A model generated the notes under the pieces. The model saw only the letters and a list, made by a program, of their open reading frames with translations, was not told where the DNA came from and did no database searches. The position numbers were made by a program, and so were the translations under genes. This document shows positions 8,577-17,694 of a stretch of 64,000 nucleotides of DNA, in pieces. How positions within the stretch are numbered: position 1 is the first letter of the stretch; each line of letters opens with the position of its first letter. The stretch comes from an uncultured Flavobacteriales bacterium (GTDB taxonomy: Bacteria; Bacteroidota; Bacteroidia; Flavobacteriales_D; Crocinitomicaceae), in NCBI GenBank assembly GCA_913059205.1, contig CAJXRM010000001.1:22636-86635 (forward strand), read 5' to 3'.

Positions 8577-10007
8577 ATGAGCTCCACTTCATGGTTTAAA
8601 GGACTTTTGATAATCCTTACACTGTTATTGGCAAGAAATTCAAAAGCCTATCAGGGAAACCTATTCGATCACGCAAAATGCTATGTGGACACAACTGGAT
8701 TTCTTACCATCGATGAAGTCTCATCTTCATCTCATACATCTCATTTTAAAACGTTTACTCAAGAAGTAAAAGAACAATCCTTTACTAATTACACTTATTG
8801 GCTGAAATTAGACCAAAAAGCCGTATCACAAAAAGATTTATATGTGATAAGTAAGAATGTGTTCATAGATAAAGTTTACCTCTATGTTGGCACAAAAGGA
8901 AATTGGAAAATAGCTAAAGCAGGTCTATTGATCCGTAAAAAAGTGAATAATGAACACTCTGTGATATCGCTAAAAATACCAGAAGTAAAGCCCGGAGATT
9001 GTATCTATATTTCTTTTCAGTCTGACTGTATTTCAATGCTCGACATTTGGCTCATAGATTCGATTAGTCTTACAAAGGAAGAATCCTTTAAACTCACCTT
9101 TTATTCAGTGATTCTTGCGCTCATTCTAATTTATCTGGCCATTGTACTGTTCTTGTATTTCTTCACCAAAATAAGTGGACTGCCAACTTTTATTCTCTAC
9201 AGTATTGCTTCTATAGGAATGATATTATTCACAAACGGTTATTTGTATCAATTTGGTCCTAGTTCATTTCTGCCTTTTTATAAATGGTCATTCGTATACT
9301 TTGTTGATTTATACTGGGGTGCAGCGGCATTATTAAGCTATCAATTATTAAACATACGCATTCTTTCCAAAGGATTAAACAGGGCTTACGTTGTTGCATT
9401 TTCCATTCTAGGAATAATGATGTTTACTCCGCTTATTATTCCTCGGCAAATAGTATCGCAAATTCATTTTATCATACCATCATTGTTCATATTTTTCAAT
9501 GTTGTAGTAGGTTTAATTATTTACTTCAAATACAAGAATAGAACAGCTTTATTATTATCATTTGGTTGGTTGGTTTATTTTGGATTTTTAATGATATGGT
9601 CAATAAGTAAAACAGGAGCCATTCCAACATCTTTTTTTGTAGATAACTGTCCTGTTTTTGGTTTGACGTTCGAATTCATCCTTTTCGGAGTTTTGGCTGC
9701 TAGAAGTTATATTGGCCAATATCATGAACGTAGTGTGCTGCATGAACGCATTAAAAACATCGAAAATTTAAAAGCCGAAGTAGAACAGGAGTTTGGTGAG
9801 ATTTATGCTTCTCTCTCGGAAAGAGAACGAGAGGTTTTACACTTAATTTCGGCAGGGCTTCTTGATAAAGAGATTTCAGACAAATTAGGACTTTCTGTAA
9901 CTTCCGTACGCACCTATTCTAAAAGAATTTATACCAAATTGAAAGTTTCTAACCGTACAGAAGCATCGCTCATTTATAATAAGGTAATACTCACCCAATC
10001 TATTTAA
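8577..10007 (+). CDS. 7TMR-DISM-type membrane receptor fused to a LuxR/GerE HTH (one-component regulator)
   Basis: Signal peptide plus an extracellular domain with FTNYTYWLKLDQ (7TMR-DISMED2-like). Seven hydrophobic helices follow, then a coiled-coil linker. The C-terminus is EREREVLHLISAGLLDKEISDKLGLSVTSVRTYSKRIYTKLKVSNRTEA, a LuxR-type HTH. Confidence 0.7.
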   Translation: MSSTSWFKGLLIILTLLLARNSKAYQGNLFDHAKCYVDTTGFLTIDEVSSSSHTSHFKTFTQEVKEQSFTNYTYWLKLDQKAVSQKDLYVISKNVFIDKVYLYVGTKGNWKIAKAGLLIRKKVNNEHSVISLKIPEVKPGDCIYISFQSDCISMLDIWLIDSISLTKEESFKLTFYSVILALILIYLAIVLFLYFFTKISGLPTFILYSIASIGMILFTNGYLYQFGPSSFLPFYKWSFVYFVDLYWGAAALLSYQLLNIRILSKGLNRAYVVAFSILGIMMFTPLIIPRQIVSQIHFIIPSLFIFFNVVVGLIIYFKYKNRTALLLSFGWLVYFGFLMIWSISKTGAIPTSFFVDNCPVFGLTFEFILFGVLAARSYIGQYHERSVLHERIKNIENLKAEVEQEFGEIYASLSEREREVLHLISAGLLDKEISDKLGLSVTSVRTYSKRIYTKLKVSNRTEASLIYNKVILTQSI

Positions 10008-10031
10008 CAGTATGTAATGCGTTGATTATCA

Positions 10032-10055
10032 GCTGTCATTAAAATTAATGACAGC
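10032..10055. other. perfect 11-nt-arm inverted repeat (GCTGTCATTAA-AA-TTAATGACAGC)
   Basis: Lies between the regulator stop (10007) and the next start (10142). No U-tract follows on either strand, so it is not a canonical terminator. Confidence 0.3.
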
Positions 10056-10141
10056 CAGAAAGGCTAAAAACATCCATGTTTATTACGCTTATGCGATTCG
10101 TTCTTCCCATACTTGTGCTGTAATCAAAAATTAAGCACAAA

Positions 10142-11527
10142 ATGATAAAATTAATTTCAATAATGACATTCGGTTTACTCGTAAATGTTTGTGTTGCACA
10201 GAACAATTTCCCAACAAAAGCAGAATGCGAAAAATTCATTCAAACCAATAGCAAACTGCGACAAGAGATTACTGAAGTGCTAGGAGTAGATTGGAGCAAA
10301 CTTACCATTCAAAGTGACAATTGGAAAGGTTATAATGGAAGCGTTTTTTCAATCAGTTTAACCGAATGTGGTAAAACCATGAGAAAGCGTGGTAACGCTT
10401 GGCCAGATGATGCAGCTTTTGCAAAGTGGATAGTTACAACGCCTAAAAACGCTGCGGGAATCTATAAAGAATTAGGAATCTACATGGATTACAAACGGAC
10501 AACTTATGATGGGGAATATTGTAAAATAGGCAATTGGCATTTTAACGGATACCGATTAGAAGGTGGAGAAGAATATGGGCATAAAGAGTTTACAACTCAA
10601 GAGATTAAAGATATTTTTTACACAGCAGCAGAAAATGGAGAAATCACCGCACTTAATAATTTCATTGAAATCCAAGAAATAACAGGTGATAACGACTTTA
10701 ATCAAAATGTTCCTCAACCAGGACAACGATACTTGTTTGTGTACTTCAAAGGAACAGAAGGTAATTTTGCAGATGATCATTCTGTCATGCACTGTTCTAG
10801 CGAAGATGGACACAAACTTACATTGAGTGTTGCTAAGGTTAATGACAAGTGGATTATCACCAATTCAAAACTTGATGATAGGGACCCTGCAGAGGCAGTA
10901 TTACCTTTAAGTCGGTATTGTTATATGGAACTAGGCGCCAAAGCTGAAAACTACGAATCTTATGAAACAGGTGGATGGAAAGCAATTTATGGCACAAAAA
11001 CAAAACGTTCTACTGAAGAAGGGAAATACGGTAAACTTATGTCGAGAATGGCAAAACTCAACGAAATACTCAAGTCCAAAGGAGCAGAAATTCAAGAGAG
11101 CGATCTAAAACCGTTTGTGAGAGTGGAAGCCCATGACGGGTTCATGGACGCAACCACCAACATTAGTGGAAGTAACCTCGAATATACATTGCCTTTTTTA
11201 ACACCAAAAGACGGTAAAAGTTTATTATTAATGGAATATTCCTTTGGTGGGGCTAGTATTGTATCGAAAGAACTCGAAGATGGATCAATCATTGAGTTTG
11301 GCTTACCAAATCTTGAATTGAAATATTCATCGATCAAGAAAAAAGGAAAAAATTGGCTGCCATACGGATACAATACTACAACACTTTATAGTTCAAGCGA
11401 ACTTGATAATGGTCATAGACAAGTATGGCTATACCTAAACGACGATTGGTTTTTATACGATGTTGCAAGTGCTTTTAACGCAAGTTCGGCAGCTTCTAAT
11501 TATGTTCATCAAGTCTTAGAGCCTTAA
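10142..11527 (+). CDS. secreted hypothetical protein, no recognisable domain
   Basis: 461-aa ORF with signal peptide MIKLISIMTFGLLVNVCVAQ. I recognise no motif. A strong terminator follows. Confidence 0.5.
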   Translation: MIKLISIMTFGLLVNVCVAQNNFPTKAECEKFIQTNSKLRQEITEVLGVDWSKLTIQSDNWKGYNGSVFSISLTECGKTMRKRGNAWPDDAAFAKWIVTTPKNAAGIYKELGIYMDYKRTTYDGEYCKIGNWHFNGYRLEGGEEYGHKEFTTQEIKDIFYTAAENGEITALNNFIEIQEITGDNDFNQNVPQPGQRYLFVYFKGTEGNFADDHSVMHCSSEDGHKLTLSVAKVNDKWIITNSKLDDRDPAEAVLPLSRYCYMELGAKAENYESYETGGWKAIYGTKTKRSTEEGKYGKLMSRMAKLNEILKSKGAEIQESDLKPFVRVEAHDGFMDATTNISGSNLEYTLPFLTPKDGKSLLLMEYSFGGASIVSKELEDGSIIEFGLPNLELKYSSIKKKGKNWLPYGYNTTTLYSSSELDNGHRQVWLYLNDDWFLYDVASAFNASSAASNYVHQVLEP

Positions 11528-11560
11528 CCACTCTATTCTAATAGTTCATTCTTTACAAGA

Positions 11561-11590
11561 AAAAAAGCACTCCATTAGGAGTGCTTTTTT
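11561..11590. terminator. bidirectional rho-independent terminator
   Basis: AAAAAA-GCACTCC-ATTA-GGAGTGC-TTTTTT. It serves the plus-strand ORF ending at 11527 and the minus-strand tRNA ending at 11592. Confidence 0.75.
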
Positions 11591-11591
11591 G

Positions 11592-11665
11592 TGACCCCGA
11601 CAGGATTCTAACCTGTAACCGCTGGAGCCGAAATCCAGTGCGCTATACAGTTGCGCCACGGGGCC
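11592..11665 (-). tRNA. tRNA-Arg (anticodon UCG), CCA not encoded
   Basis: The reverse complement folds as a cloverleaf: acceptor GGCCCCG/CGGGGTC, D arm GCGC-AACTGTATA-GCGC, anticodon arm CTGGA-TTTCGGC-TCCAG, variable loop CGGTT, T arm ACAGG-TTAGAAT-CCTGT, discriminator A. A20 and C35 fit Arg identity. Confidence 0.8.
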
Positions 11666-11808
11666 TTTTGAAAAGAATCTTGTTCTTTTGAACGGTAAAG
11701 TTAATATTGCCCTCAGATAAACGCAAGGTTCTTTCGAATTTGTTTGTGTTTCCTATTATTTCAAATAATTTTGATGTTTTACCGTTAATGTCATAGAAAA
11801 CAAAACAA

Positions 11809-14127
11809 ATGCGACTACTGATATCTCTTTTTGTAATTGGATTATTTCACACTGCGATGGCGCAAGTAGGAACTGGACAATGGCGTTTACATGTTCCTTC
11901 CAAAAATGCGCATGATGTTGTTGCATTCAATAATCGAGTATACGCTGCATATGTTAACGGAGTTTGTGAATATGACTTTGCCTCTGGAGAAACAACGATA
12001 TGGGATGCAGTAAATTCATTGTCTGACATTTCAGTTTCATGTCTTGGAAAATACGCCAATAGTGTTTGGATTGGCTATGAAAATGGAAATATTGACAAAA
12101 TAAGTGACAATAGAGTTACGAATATTTCAGCGATAAAACTGGCTGAAATACAAGGCTCTAAAACCATAAATCGCTTGGTGGAACACGGAAACTTTATATA
12201 CGCTGCAACCGGTTTTTCGATTGTAAAGTTAGACCCTGCAAAGAATGAAGTTCGTGACACGTATTATCCTACAAATGGTAACGAATCAATATTAGATATT
12301 GCATTTAAAAACGATTCTATTTATGCTATTACGAGTGACAGACTTTATAAAGGAAAAACCTCGAATATTGCTTTAGCCGACCCTACCCAATGGCAAGTAG
12401 ACACCCGTGTTCCTGTTTTAACAAATAATCAATATTCGGAAATTGAAGTTTCTAATAATGAAATTTATATTTTATATAATGATGACTCCTTTGGATTGGA
12501 CAGTGTATTTAGACTGGAAGATCAAGGATTGGTATCAGTTGTTAATGAGCTTTTTGCCATGGAAATAAAATCCATTAATGCTGTCGATAATAATTTGGCG
12601 GTTCATTTTTTCGATGGATCAAAGATTTATAAAAGTGATTTTACAACTGAAGAGTCAATTCTGTCGTATTCTTCTGGCGGTAATGTACGCCCAAGGAGAG
12701 TTGCACGAGCGGATGGTCATTATTGGGTTGCGGATGAAGAAAACGGACTGGTAAAATACACCTCTTTTGCTAATTCCCTTGACATATCATTTCCCGGGCC
12801 ACCGAAGAATAGTTATTATTCAATGGACTGGTACAATGGAAAATTAGTTGTGGCTGGAGGGAGCTTGTCTGGTGAGTCCGGTACTATTAATCGTTCAGGG
12901 ATATATATTTTTGAAGATGAAAAGTGGAAATTGAAAGACCCTGCGAATATGACTCTTTGGAATACTCCAAACTTTTGGGATGCAATTGCGGTTTCAATTA
13001 ATCCAGTTAATGAAAATCAAATTGCGGTCGGAAGCTACTCTCTTGTACCACTGTCTTTATTAGCTGACGACGGACAAGTTACAGATACTCTAACACCAAA
13101 TAATTCTATTTTGGAATGGGGAAGTATAGGGAATGGGTCGTCTGAAGTTACTGATCTTAAATATGACGAATCTGGCAACTTGTGGATATTAAATGGATAC
13201 TCGAATAAACCGTTGAAAGTGTTAACAAAAGAAAATGAGTGGTATCAATTTGATTTAGCCGCTGGATCGAAGAATAAGCATTCGCAAAAAATGGCCATTG
13301 ATTACAATGGTAATAAGTGGGTTTCTATCAAGGATGCGGGATTATTTGGATTTAAAGATAATGGTACGATTTCGTCGCTTGGCGATGATAAAACAATTCG
13401 TTTGACAATGGGACAGAATCAAGGGAACTTGCCCTCCAATCAAATTAACGCTATTGCAGTTGATTTTGATAATGAGATCTGGATTGGAACTGATGCTGGC
13501 TTTGCAATACTGTATAATTCTGATGCGGCGTTTGATGGTGGTGCTGGCGATTTTGATGCTCAACGGATTAAAATTGAGTTCGAAGGAAATGTTGAATATG
13601 TTTTGGGAGCAACAGATATTACATCTATTGTAGTTGATGGTGCAAATAGAAAATGGTTTGGAACGGCTAGTGCAGGAATAGTATTAATGTCTGCCGATGG
13701 TCTAGATATTTTGGAGCAACACACGATGGAAAATTCACCACTTATTTCCAATACGATCGTTGATTTGGAACTAGATCAATCAACAGGTGAATTGTTTATT
13801 ATTACTGATAAAGGATTAGTATCCTACCGAACTGATGCAACATACGAAGACCCTGATTATGAAAATGTAATTGTTTTCCCAAATCCAGCTAGACCTGATT
13901 TTGACGGGCCAATTACTATACAAGGAATTCGATATAATTCGGATGTAAAAATAACGGATGTTGCAGGAAACCTTGTTTATAGTACAACTTCAAACGGAGG
14001 AACTGCTACGTGGAACGGTAAAACGCTTAACGGTGAGCCCGTTGGAACGGGAGTATATTTAATTTGGACGGCTGCTAATGAAGGAAAAGGTAAAAAAGTT
14101 GGAAAAGTCCTTGTGGTTAACGACTGA
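11809..14127 (+). CDS. two-component-regulator-propeller (double beta-propeller) protein with C-terminal sorting domain, PorZ-like T9SS component
   Basis: 772 aa with a signal peptide. Repeated propeller blades (WIGTDAGFAIL, KWFGTASAGIVL, LFIITDKGLVSY). The C-terminus VIVFPNPARPDF...GVYLIWT is CTD-like. Size and architecture match PorZ of the type IX secretion system. Confidence 0.5.
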   Translation: MRLLISLFVIGLFHTAMAQVGTGQWRLHVPSKNAHDVVAFNNRVYAAYVNGVCEYDFASGETTIWDAVNSLSDISVSCLGKYANSVWIGYENGNIDKISDNRVTNISAIKLAEIQGSKTINRLVEHGNFIYAATGFSIVKLDPAKNEVRDTYYPTNGNESILDIAFKNDSIYAITSDRLYKGKTSNIALADPTQWQVDTRVPVLTNNQYSEIEVSNNEIYILYNDDSFGLDSVFRLEDQGLVSVVNELFAMEIKSINAVDNNLAVHFFDGSKIYKSDFTTEESILSYSSGGNVRPRRVARADGHYWVADEENGLVKYTSFANSLDISFPGPPKNSYYSMDWYNGKLVVAGGSLSGESGTINRSGIYIFEDEKWKLKDPANMTLWNTPNFWDAIAVSINPVNENQIAVGSYSLVPLSLLADDGQVTDTLTPNNSILEWGSIGNGSSEVTDLKYDESGNLWILNGYSNKPLKVLTKENEWYQFDLAAGSKNKHSQKMAIDYNGNKWVSIKDAGLFGFKDNGTISSLGDDKTIRLTMGQNQGNLPSNQINAIAVDFDNEIWIGTDAGFAILYNSDAAFDGGAGDFDAQRIKIEFEGNVEYVLGATDITSIVVDGANRKWFGTASAGIVLMSADGLDILEQHTMENSPLISNTIVDLELDQSTGELFIITDKGLVSYRTDATYEDPDYENVIVFPNPARPDFDGPITIQGIRYNSDVKITDVAGNLVYSTTSNGGTATWNGKTLNGEPVGTGVYLIWTAANEGKGKKVGKVLVVND

Positions 14128-14133
14128 TAAATA

Positions 14134-14829
14134 ATGAAATCGAATGACCTGGGAATTTTTTTGCATCGATCTGTTTATTCCGATTCAAGTCTGATCGTTT
14201 GGTTTTTTACTCGAGAAAATGGAGTGCAGAAATTTTTATTTCGCGGAGGTAAAAAAAAGGCTCACTCTCTTTTTCCATTGGCTGTTTGTGAATTGTCATA
14301 TTATGGGCATAAAAACTCTGACCTTTTAAATATAACAGCGGTAGAAAGTGCCCAATCAACTACTTTTCAATTTAATCCGATATCTTCCACAATAGCTTTT
14401 TTTTGCGTTGAATGTGTGAAAAAATGTATGCACCAAGGAGATAGGGATGAGAACGTATTTCAGTTTTTAGCGAACTTTTCAAATAGATTGGAGAATGAAA
14501 AAAATAAGGGAGTTTTGCCTCTTCAATTTTTAGTCGATTTTTCTGATGTGTTGGGACTTAAACCGCAATTTGAGGACGAGGATGGGAGTTTTTTTAATAT
14601 TCATACAGGTGTTTTTCAATCAACTACAAACTCGTTTGAGCGTATTGTTTCTGGACCTGGAACAGATTTAATTAGAAGCAGCATAATGCATTCGTCAACT
14701 TCAGATAATTATAATAAGCAAACGAGAGATGAGGCGCTGAATATAATGCTCGAATACTATAAAGTGCACATTCCACGTTTCGATAACCTTGAAACATTTG
14801 ACGTGGTGAAAGAAATATTGAGTGCATAA
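14134..14829 (+). CDS. recO: DNA repair protein RecO
   Basis: 231 aa. The N-terminal OB-fold-like pattern and overall layout resemble Bacteroidetes RecO (LIVWFFTRENGVQKFLFRGGKKK ... FFCVECVKK ... FLVDFSDVLGLKPQF). Confidence 0.55.
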   Translation: MKSNDLGIFLHRSVYSDSSLIVWFFTRENGVQKFLFRGGKKKAHSLFPLAVCELSYYGHKNSDLLNITAVESAQSTTFQFNPISSTIAFFCVECVKKCMHQGDRDENVFQFLANFSNRLENEKNKGVLPLQFLVDFSDVLGLKPQFEDEDGSFFNIHTGVFQSTTNSFERIVSGPGTDLIRSSIMHSSTSDNYNKQTRDEALNIMLEYYKVHIPRFDNLETFDVVKEILSA

Positions 14830-14832
14830 AAA

Positions 14833-14854
14833 AACGGAACATTTCTGCTCCGTT
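14833..14854 (-). terminator. rho-independent terminator (mainly for the minus-strand binding-protein gene)
   Basis: AACGGA(A)CA-TTTC-TG(C)TCCGTT hairpin with one mismatch. On the minus strand it is followed by a T7 run. It lies between convergent genes. Confidence 0.5.
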
Positions 14855-14878
14855 CTCATTTATTTACTTAAAATTCGA

Positions 14879-16585
14879 TTAATCTTTAGGCTCTTTAATA
14901 AAGACTTCAGTCAAATTAAGGCTTTCCATTGAATTGGCTTTAAAGTCTCTAACACGTGAATTCACTAAAACGATGTGGTCTTCAGTTCTCAGAGGCATTA
15001 TAGCTGCTTGATCAACAACCATCTGGTCACATTTCACCAATAAATCGATACGTTTATCACTATCAGACTCCAACAATGCTTCTTTAAAAAGAGCATCATA
15101 CTCAGCATTTTTGAACCTGAAGTTATTCATCATTGAAGACTCTTTCATTATATTTCCACTATAAAACATCGCCAAGAAATTTTCTGGATCTGGGTAGTCT
15201 GCCACCCAACCAGCTCGCCAAATTTTTGCTTTTCCAGAATGAATTGCTGCTTCACGTTCATCAATCGTACATAACTTAATATTAAGGTTTATGTTCAAGT
15301 TTGCTTTTAATTGTGCAGCAACACCAGAAACAGCTTTATAAACCGTTGATCCTTTAGTGGTGTTTACATAGAAATCTAACGTCGGGAAGTTTTCGCCATT
15401 TGGATAACCCGCTTCCTTCATTAATGCTTTTGCTTTTTCAGGGTTATACGCATGTCCAACAACCTTTTCAATAGGATAATTATTCATTTTAGGAACAAAA
15501 CCGTGGGTAGCCGCCCAGCCTTCTCCATCAATCCAATCGTTGATAATTACTTCACGATCCACAGCAATATTAAATGCTTTTCGTACACGAACATCACTAA
15601 ACTCTTTACTTTCAATGGCCATAGCAATATAACCCATACTCATACTTGACTCGGATTCTACTTTGTGCTTAATGTTTTTACCGTTCTGCGCCTCAATTAA
15701 AGTTCCTAGAATATTTTCAATCACTTCAACTGGAACTTCAAGAACAAGGTCCGACTCTGACTTTCTGAAGGCTAAAAGTTCGCTTGTTTTATCCTTTGCA
15801 TAGGAAACGATTACCTTTGACAAAAAGGGCAACTGGTTTCCTAATTCATCTTTTCTCCAATAGGCGTTATTTCGTTTTAATACGATTTTTTCATCTTCCA
15901 TTGACTCTAAAGCAAAAGGACCTGATCCTACAGGGTGCTTGCCAATCTCTTTGCCGTATGTGTCCCATGCTTCTTGTGGGAAAATACCCAAACTAGAATG
16001 AGTTAAAATATTTTCAAATCCAGAAAAGGAATTTACTAATGTAATTTGAACCGTATGATCGTTGATCACTTTAATTCCACTCACACCTCCTTTTGGTAAC
16101 GAATTTTTAGATTTTTTATTGAACTCACTCGCTCCTTGAATACGATTGATTAATAAATATCCAATACTGTTAACTGCCAAACCAGAGCACGCCAGGTCAA
16201 GAGAAAACTTAACATCGTGCGCATCAAGTTCGTGATCGTCACCAATACAGTCGTCAGAGTGAAATTTAATTCCCTTTCGAATCGTAAATGTGTAAACCTT
16301 CGCATTATTACTTACTTTGAAGCTTTCCGCTACCGCTGGAATAACGGCCATTGTTTGGGGGTCTAGCTGAAGTAAAGGCTCAAAAATTTGTGAAATTAAT
16401 CGAGAAGAGTATTGAGTTCCTGATGAAGTAGGAAGCAATGTGGTGATTTTTTCTTCTGACATGAATTTAAATTCACCGCCATATTTTTTTCCTCCAACTG
16501 CGACTAAATCTTCCGTTGTTGTTTCACCGCATGAAGAGACAATCAAGGCAAGAACAAGTGTAGTAATTATGTGATAATATTTCAT
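14879..16585 (-). CDS. ABC transporter substrate-binding protein, family 5 (peptide/nickel type), lipoprotein
   Basis: Lipobox LALIVSSCG. 568 aa with family-5 SBP layout (KFHSDD..., WRAGWVADYPDPENFL). No permease gene is adjacent. Confidence 0.65.
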   Translation of the reverse strand: MKYYHIITTLVLALIVSSCGETTTEDLVAVGGKKYGGEFKFMSEEKITTLLPTSSGTQYSSRLISQIFEPLLQLDPQTMAVIPAVAESFKVSNNAKVYTFTIRKGIKFHSDDCIGDDHELDAHDVKFSLDLACSGLAVNSIGYLLINRIQGASEFNKKSKNSLPKGGVSGIKVINDHTVQITLVNSFSGFENILTHSSLGIFPQEAWDTYGKEIGKHPVGSGPFALESMEDEKIVLKRNNAYWRKDELGNQLPFLSKVIVSYAKDKTSELLAFRKSESDLVLEVPVEVIENILGTLIEAQNGKNIKHKVESESSMSMGYIAMAIESKEFSDVRVRKAFNIAVDREVIINDWIDGEGWAATHGFVPKMNNYPIEKVVGHAYNPEKAKALMKEAGYPNGENFPTLDFYVNTTKGSTVYKAVSGVAAQLKANLNINLNIKLCTIDEREAAIHSGKAKIWRAGWVADYPDPENFLAMFYSGNIMKESSMMNNFRFKNAEYDALFKEALLESDSDKRIDLLVKCDQMVVDQAAIMPLRTEDHIVLVNSRVRDFKANSMESLNLTEVFIKEPKD

Positions 16586-16606
16586 TTAACGTATCGTTTA
16601 GTTAGA

Positions 16607-16614
16607 CAAAAATA
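16607..16614 (-). promoter_or_regulatory. Bacteroidetes-type -7 promoter box (TATTTTTG on minus strand)
   Basis: Matches TAnnTTTG and lies 22 nt upstream of the ATG at 16585. Confidence 0.35.
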
Positions 16615-16635
16615 AAAGAAAAAGTAGAACTTCGA

Positions 16636-17604
16636 TTAGTAACCCAAACTTTCTCTTACTCTAGTCAAAACACTTTTTGCAATTTTTCGAGCTTTTTCTG
16701 CGCCAACTTGCAAAGCATTTTCAATTTCTTCGGGGTGCAACATGAGAGAAGTATATTTGGCTCTTTGTGCACTATACTTGGATAGTATTAATTCGAAAAG
16801 CTCCTGTTTAGCATGACCATAACCGTAGTTTGCACCTGCATAGTTGGCCTTCATTTGCTCTATTTCTTTTTCACTTGCGAGTAATTTATATAAACCAAAT
16901 ACATTGCATTCATCAGGATTTTTAACATCGTTCAATCCTTTTGAGTCCGTTTGAATGGTCATAATTTGTTTTCGAAGTTCTTTTTCTGGTAAAAACAGAT
17001 TAATAGTGTTGTTTTTTGACTTACTCATTTTCGCTCCATCAGTACCAGGTATTAGCATGGTGTTTTCTTGAACAACGCCTTCTGGAAGTACGAAAACTTC
17101 ACCCATTTTAGCATGGAACCTTGATGCAACATCACGTGCCATTTCAATATGTTGCATTTGGTCTTTCCCGACGGGAACCAATTCTGCATCATACAATAAA
17201 ATATCTGCAGCCATAAGCATCGGATATGAAAACAAACCAGCATTAACATCTTCCAGTCGATCAGCCTTATCTTTAAAACTATGCGCTAACGTTAGACGTT
17301 GGTAAGGAAAGAAACAACTTAAATACCAAGTCAGCTCAGTAGTTTCGGGCACATCACTTTGTCTATAAAACACTACATTTTCTATGTCTAACCCGAAAGC
17401 AAGCCAAGTTGCAGCAACACTTAGGGTGTTTTCCCTAAGTTCTTTGGCGTTTTTTATTTGGGTTAGTGAATGCATATCAGCGATGAACAAAAATGAATTG
17501 TTCGCTTCATTTTTAGACATTTCGATTGCGGGTAAAATAGCACCAAGAATATTACCTAAATGTGGAGTTCCTGTGCTTTGAATACCTGTTAAAATTCGAG
17601 CCAT
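16636..17604 (-). CDS. trpS: tryptophan--tRNA ligase
   Basis: GIQSTGTPHLGNILG (HIGH-type) and KMSKS motifs; 322 aa. Confidence 0.9.
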   Translation of the reverse strand: MARILTGIQSTGTPHLGNILGAILPAIEMSKNEANNSFLFIADMHSLTQIKNAKELRENTLSVAATWLAFGLDIENVVFYRQSDVPETTELTWYLSCFFPYQRLTLAHSFKDKADRLEDVNAGLFSYPMLMAADILLYDAELVPVGKDQMQHIEMARDVASRFHAKMGEVFVLPEGVVQENTMLIPGTDGAKMSKSKNNTINLFLPEKELRKQIMTIQTDSKGLNDVKNPDECNVFGLYKLLASEKEIEQMKANYAGANYGYGHAKQELFELILSKYSAQRAKYTSLMLHPEEIENALQVGAEKARKIAKSVLTRVRESLGY

Positions 17605-17682
17605 AGAGATGTGTTTTAAGAGTGTAAATTTAACATTTTTAGCCGAATTTTAGGTTGAATCGTTTTGAATGATTCTATTTTG

Positions 17683-17690
17683 TAAATTTG
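17683..17690 (+). promoter_or_regulatory. Bacteroidetes-type -7 promoter box (TAAATTTG)
   Basis: Matches TAnnTTTG directly upstream of the ATG at 17695. Confidence 0.3.
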
Positions 17691-17694
17691 ATGA

